The position numbers and the translations under genes are program-made. DNA of 63,724 nt, filler included, from Choristocarpus tenellus KU-1152 (lineage: Eukaryota; Protista; Phaeophyceae), in the NCBI GenBank assembly GCA_964200185.2. It is 12 parts of 12 records of this genome, joined end to end, with 100 filler letters (N's around TTAATTAATTAA, not from the genome) between each part and the next. Parts side by side here need not be neighbours in the genome. Positions count along the whole stretch, not along the records: positions 60,879 to 63,724 come from CAXNAD020024243.1; 11 more parts are not named here. One strand, 5' to 3'. Under the pieces are notes generated by a model. That model saw only the letters and a program-made list of their open reading frames with translations. It made no database searches and had not been told where the DNA came from. Shown piece by piece: positions 61,739 through 63,724 of the stretch (within the stretch, counting starts at the first letter, position 1; each line of letters starts with the position of its first letter).

Positions 61739-63724
61739 CTTTTAAGGGAGTGGGGCAAGATGCATGCAATATAATTTGTCAGTTTTCAGGGTTGAGGGGC
61801 GATGAGGATTGGTAACCACAGCAAGGGAACAAGATCTATTGGAAAAAATTGTAGGTGATAAGGGCAACCCATGTACAACCATCTCTTTTGCTCTTGTGAC
61901 ATATACTTGGAATGTAACTAATGGATAAGGGATTGACACCCTTCCATGTCCTCCCCAACAATGATAATACATATTTTACTATTATTTTTTCAGTGCCCCA
62001 CAACTCTCATCCAAAGGAGCACAGGATACTTCTCTATATGCCAATAATATAGATATTTTCCTGTGCATATTCCATACACCATAGTGAGAAAGGCGGCGGA
62101 GATATGTTTTTCATAATAGAATATTTTTGTAGAATCTTTGAGAGCAGGGACCATCGAGCAACATAATTGCATCTCTGCCTAATCTGCAGGAACAACTCTG
62201 CATTGGAGAATTCACATAACAAACAAGTGCATCAATCTTGCCCCGCAGAAATCAGGATTCTAGTAAACACTCCAAAATAATGTTAAGTTTTTTCCGAGCC
62301 TTCCCACACCGTCCAAGTTTGTTCTTAGGTGAAACAAACAGTATAACTGAAGTACTGGAGCCTTTCGACCCAAGTGCTGAGGTACATTGTGCCTGCCCTG
62401 CCACAACATATTGGTTTTGACTTTATAAGCATTACTCCGTCTCTGTACTACAGGTTAGGGTACCCCCTCAAAAAAGTGTAGAATGAGTTGACCGGGCAGG
62501 ATAGGAGAAATCAATGTGTTGCCTTGATCAGAGTCTACATATCATTATATGGAACAGTTTTTCATTGTTGATGAGATCAAACGTTCACTACGCGCTTGAG
62601 AAATCGAACTAATGAGTGGAGAGTTTGAATAAACGCCATAGCGAAATAGACTTCTCTCAACTATAAGCGAAGTTGACATTATGGACAGATGTGGTGACTG
62701 CCTGAGGTGATGCACTTACTCTTTTGGACAGATAAATGGCTAAACCTCTTGAATTGTTGACTCAAAGGTATTGGTGAGAAGGGTGTCATTTTTGTTGAAG
62801 GTCTATGTGCTACTTCGAGTTATGATACTAAGACCTCACCATTATCAGCGTTCCTGAAGATAATCTGTTCTTACCTGATGATTCACCATTTGAAATTGCC
62901 TACATGCAAGAAGGTTCCCCCCTTCAAATCCTGAATTACTAGTATTGCCAAATTTGAGTTGGGTCAATATCCACAGTTGCCTCCTCTCACTCGTATCATA
63001 TACATCTCGCTTCCCAAATACTGAGACCAAACCTTTGAGGTGCATAGAACCATTTTGCACTAAGGAGCAACAGGAAACAGGGACGAAAAGTGACGTAGAT
63101 CAACTCACTGGTGAATTATGTGCTATTGTAGTGCCTCCTATTTCATGAGGGACAGGTTCATCCAGCATGTTTCCTCCAGCCTCTCTGATAGAAAAGTTGA
63201 GCACCCCTTGCACAAGGGAGTTGAATATCTTATCCTTGCCCTCTTTACCCTCCTGCCCCGACCATGCCCCCAACAGGAGGAAGGACATCCAGGGACATAG
63301 TTTTGACACAAAAGTAGTGAAGCAGTCAGGGCATATATATTGAAGCAGGGTCCAGCGGGGTTGAAATGGAAGGCTTGCTTATAAAGAATTGTAGGGTGAA
63401 AACAACATCTGTAGCAGGTTTGTTCTAAATCAAACAGTACTATGTCATTGGCAGCCAGCGAGAAAGTGGCCCTAAAAGGGGATCGATTTTTCTTTTTTCT
63501 ATTAACTACTTTTAAGCTGAGCCAATCCTAGTGAGTGATCCTAGCTGTTCACATCTTGAACTTTTGAGCAGCCCACGTACCAGTTCATACTCCATGGGCC
63601 CTGTGGGAAGACTGAACGAGAGGAGCTCGACCTTTGTCAAAGTGACCTGACCATGAGGGGGGCAGGAGGGCACATGGGACACAGAGTGCATAACATATGT
63701 CACAGGCTTCAAGTAACGTGTCAA

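Overview
Intron-rich eukaryotic DNA, most consistent with a stramenopile, probably a brown alga (inferred from gene content, GT-AG introns and TTAGGG tracts). The window is not contiguous. It holds 12 unrelated contigs joined by an artificial 100-nt spacer (N44-TTAATTAATTAA-N44), so adjacency across spacers means nothing and most entries in the ORF track are spurious. Manual splicing gives three complete genes: a CAMK-group kinase, tRNA m2,2G26 dimethyltransferase TRM1, and a secreted alpha-carbonic anhydrase. Partial genes are MOB1, a NOVA/BTR1-like KH protein, a Cys-rich GTDC-repeat protein, the 3' part of a probable USP9/24/34-like protein, a C2-domain protein and a ubiquitin-like exon. The rest is transposon-derived or satellite DNA, including a CRE/R2-type non-LTR relic in a head-to-tail array and a Copia RNase H relic. 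The most unusual signal is in two abundant MITE families that look largely different internally. Both have bipartite, asymmetric ends (terminal box AAAGTATCT, a spacer, then GTCCATTTGG), with a spacer of about 16 bp at one end and about 26 bp at the other, and 3-bp TSDs. This one-helical-turn asymmetry recalls the RAG 12/23 rule and points to a transposase not present in this window.
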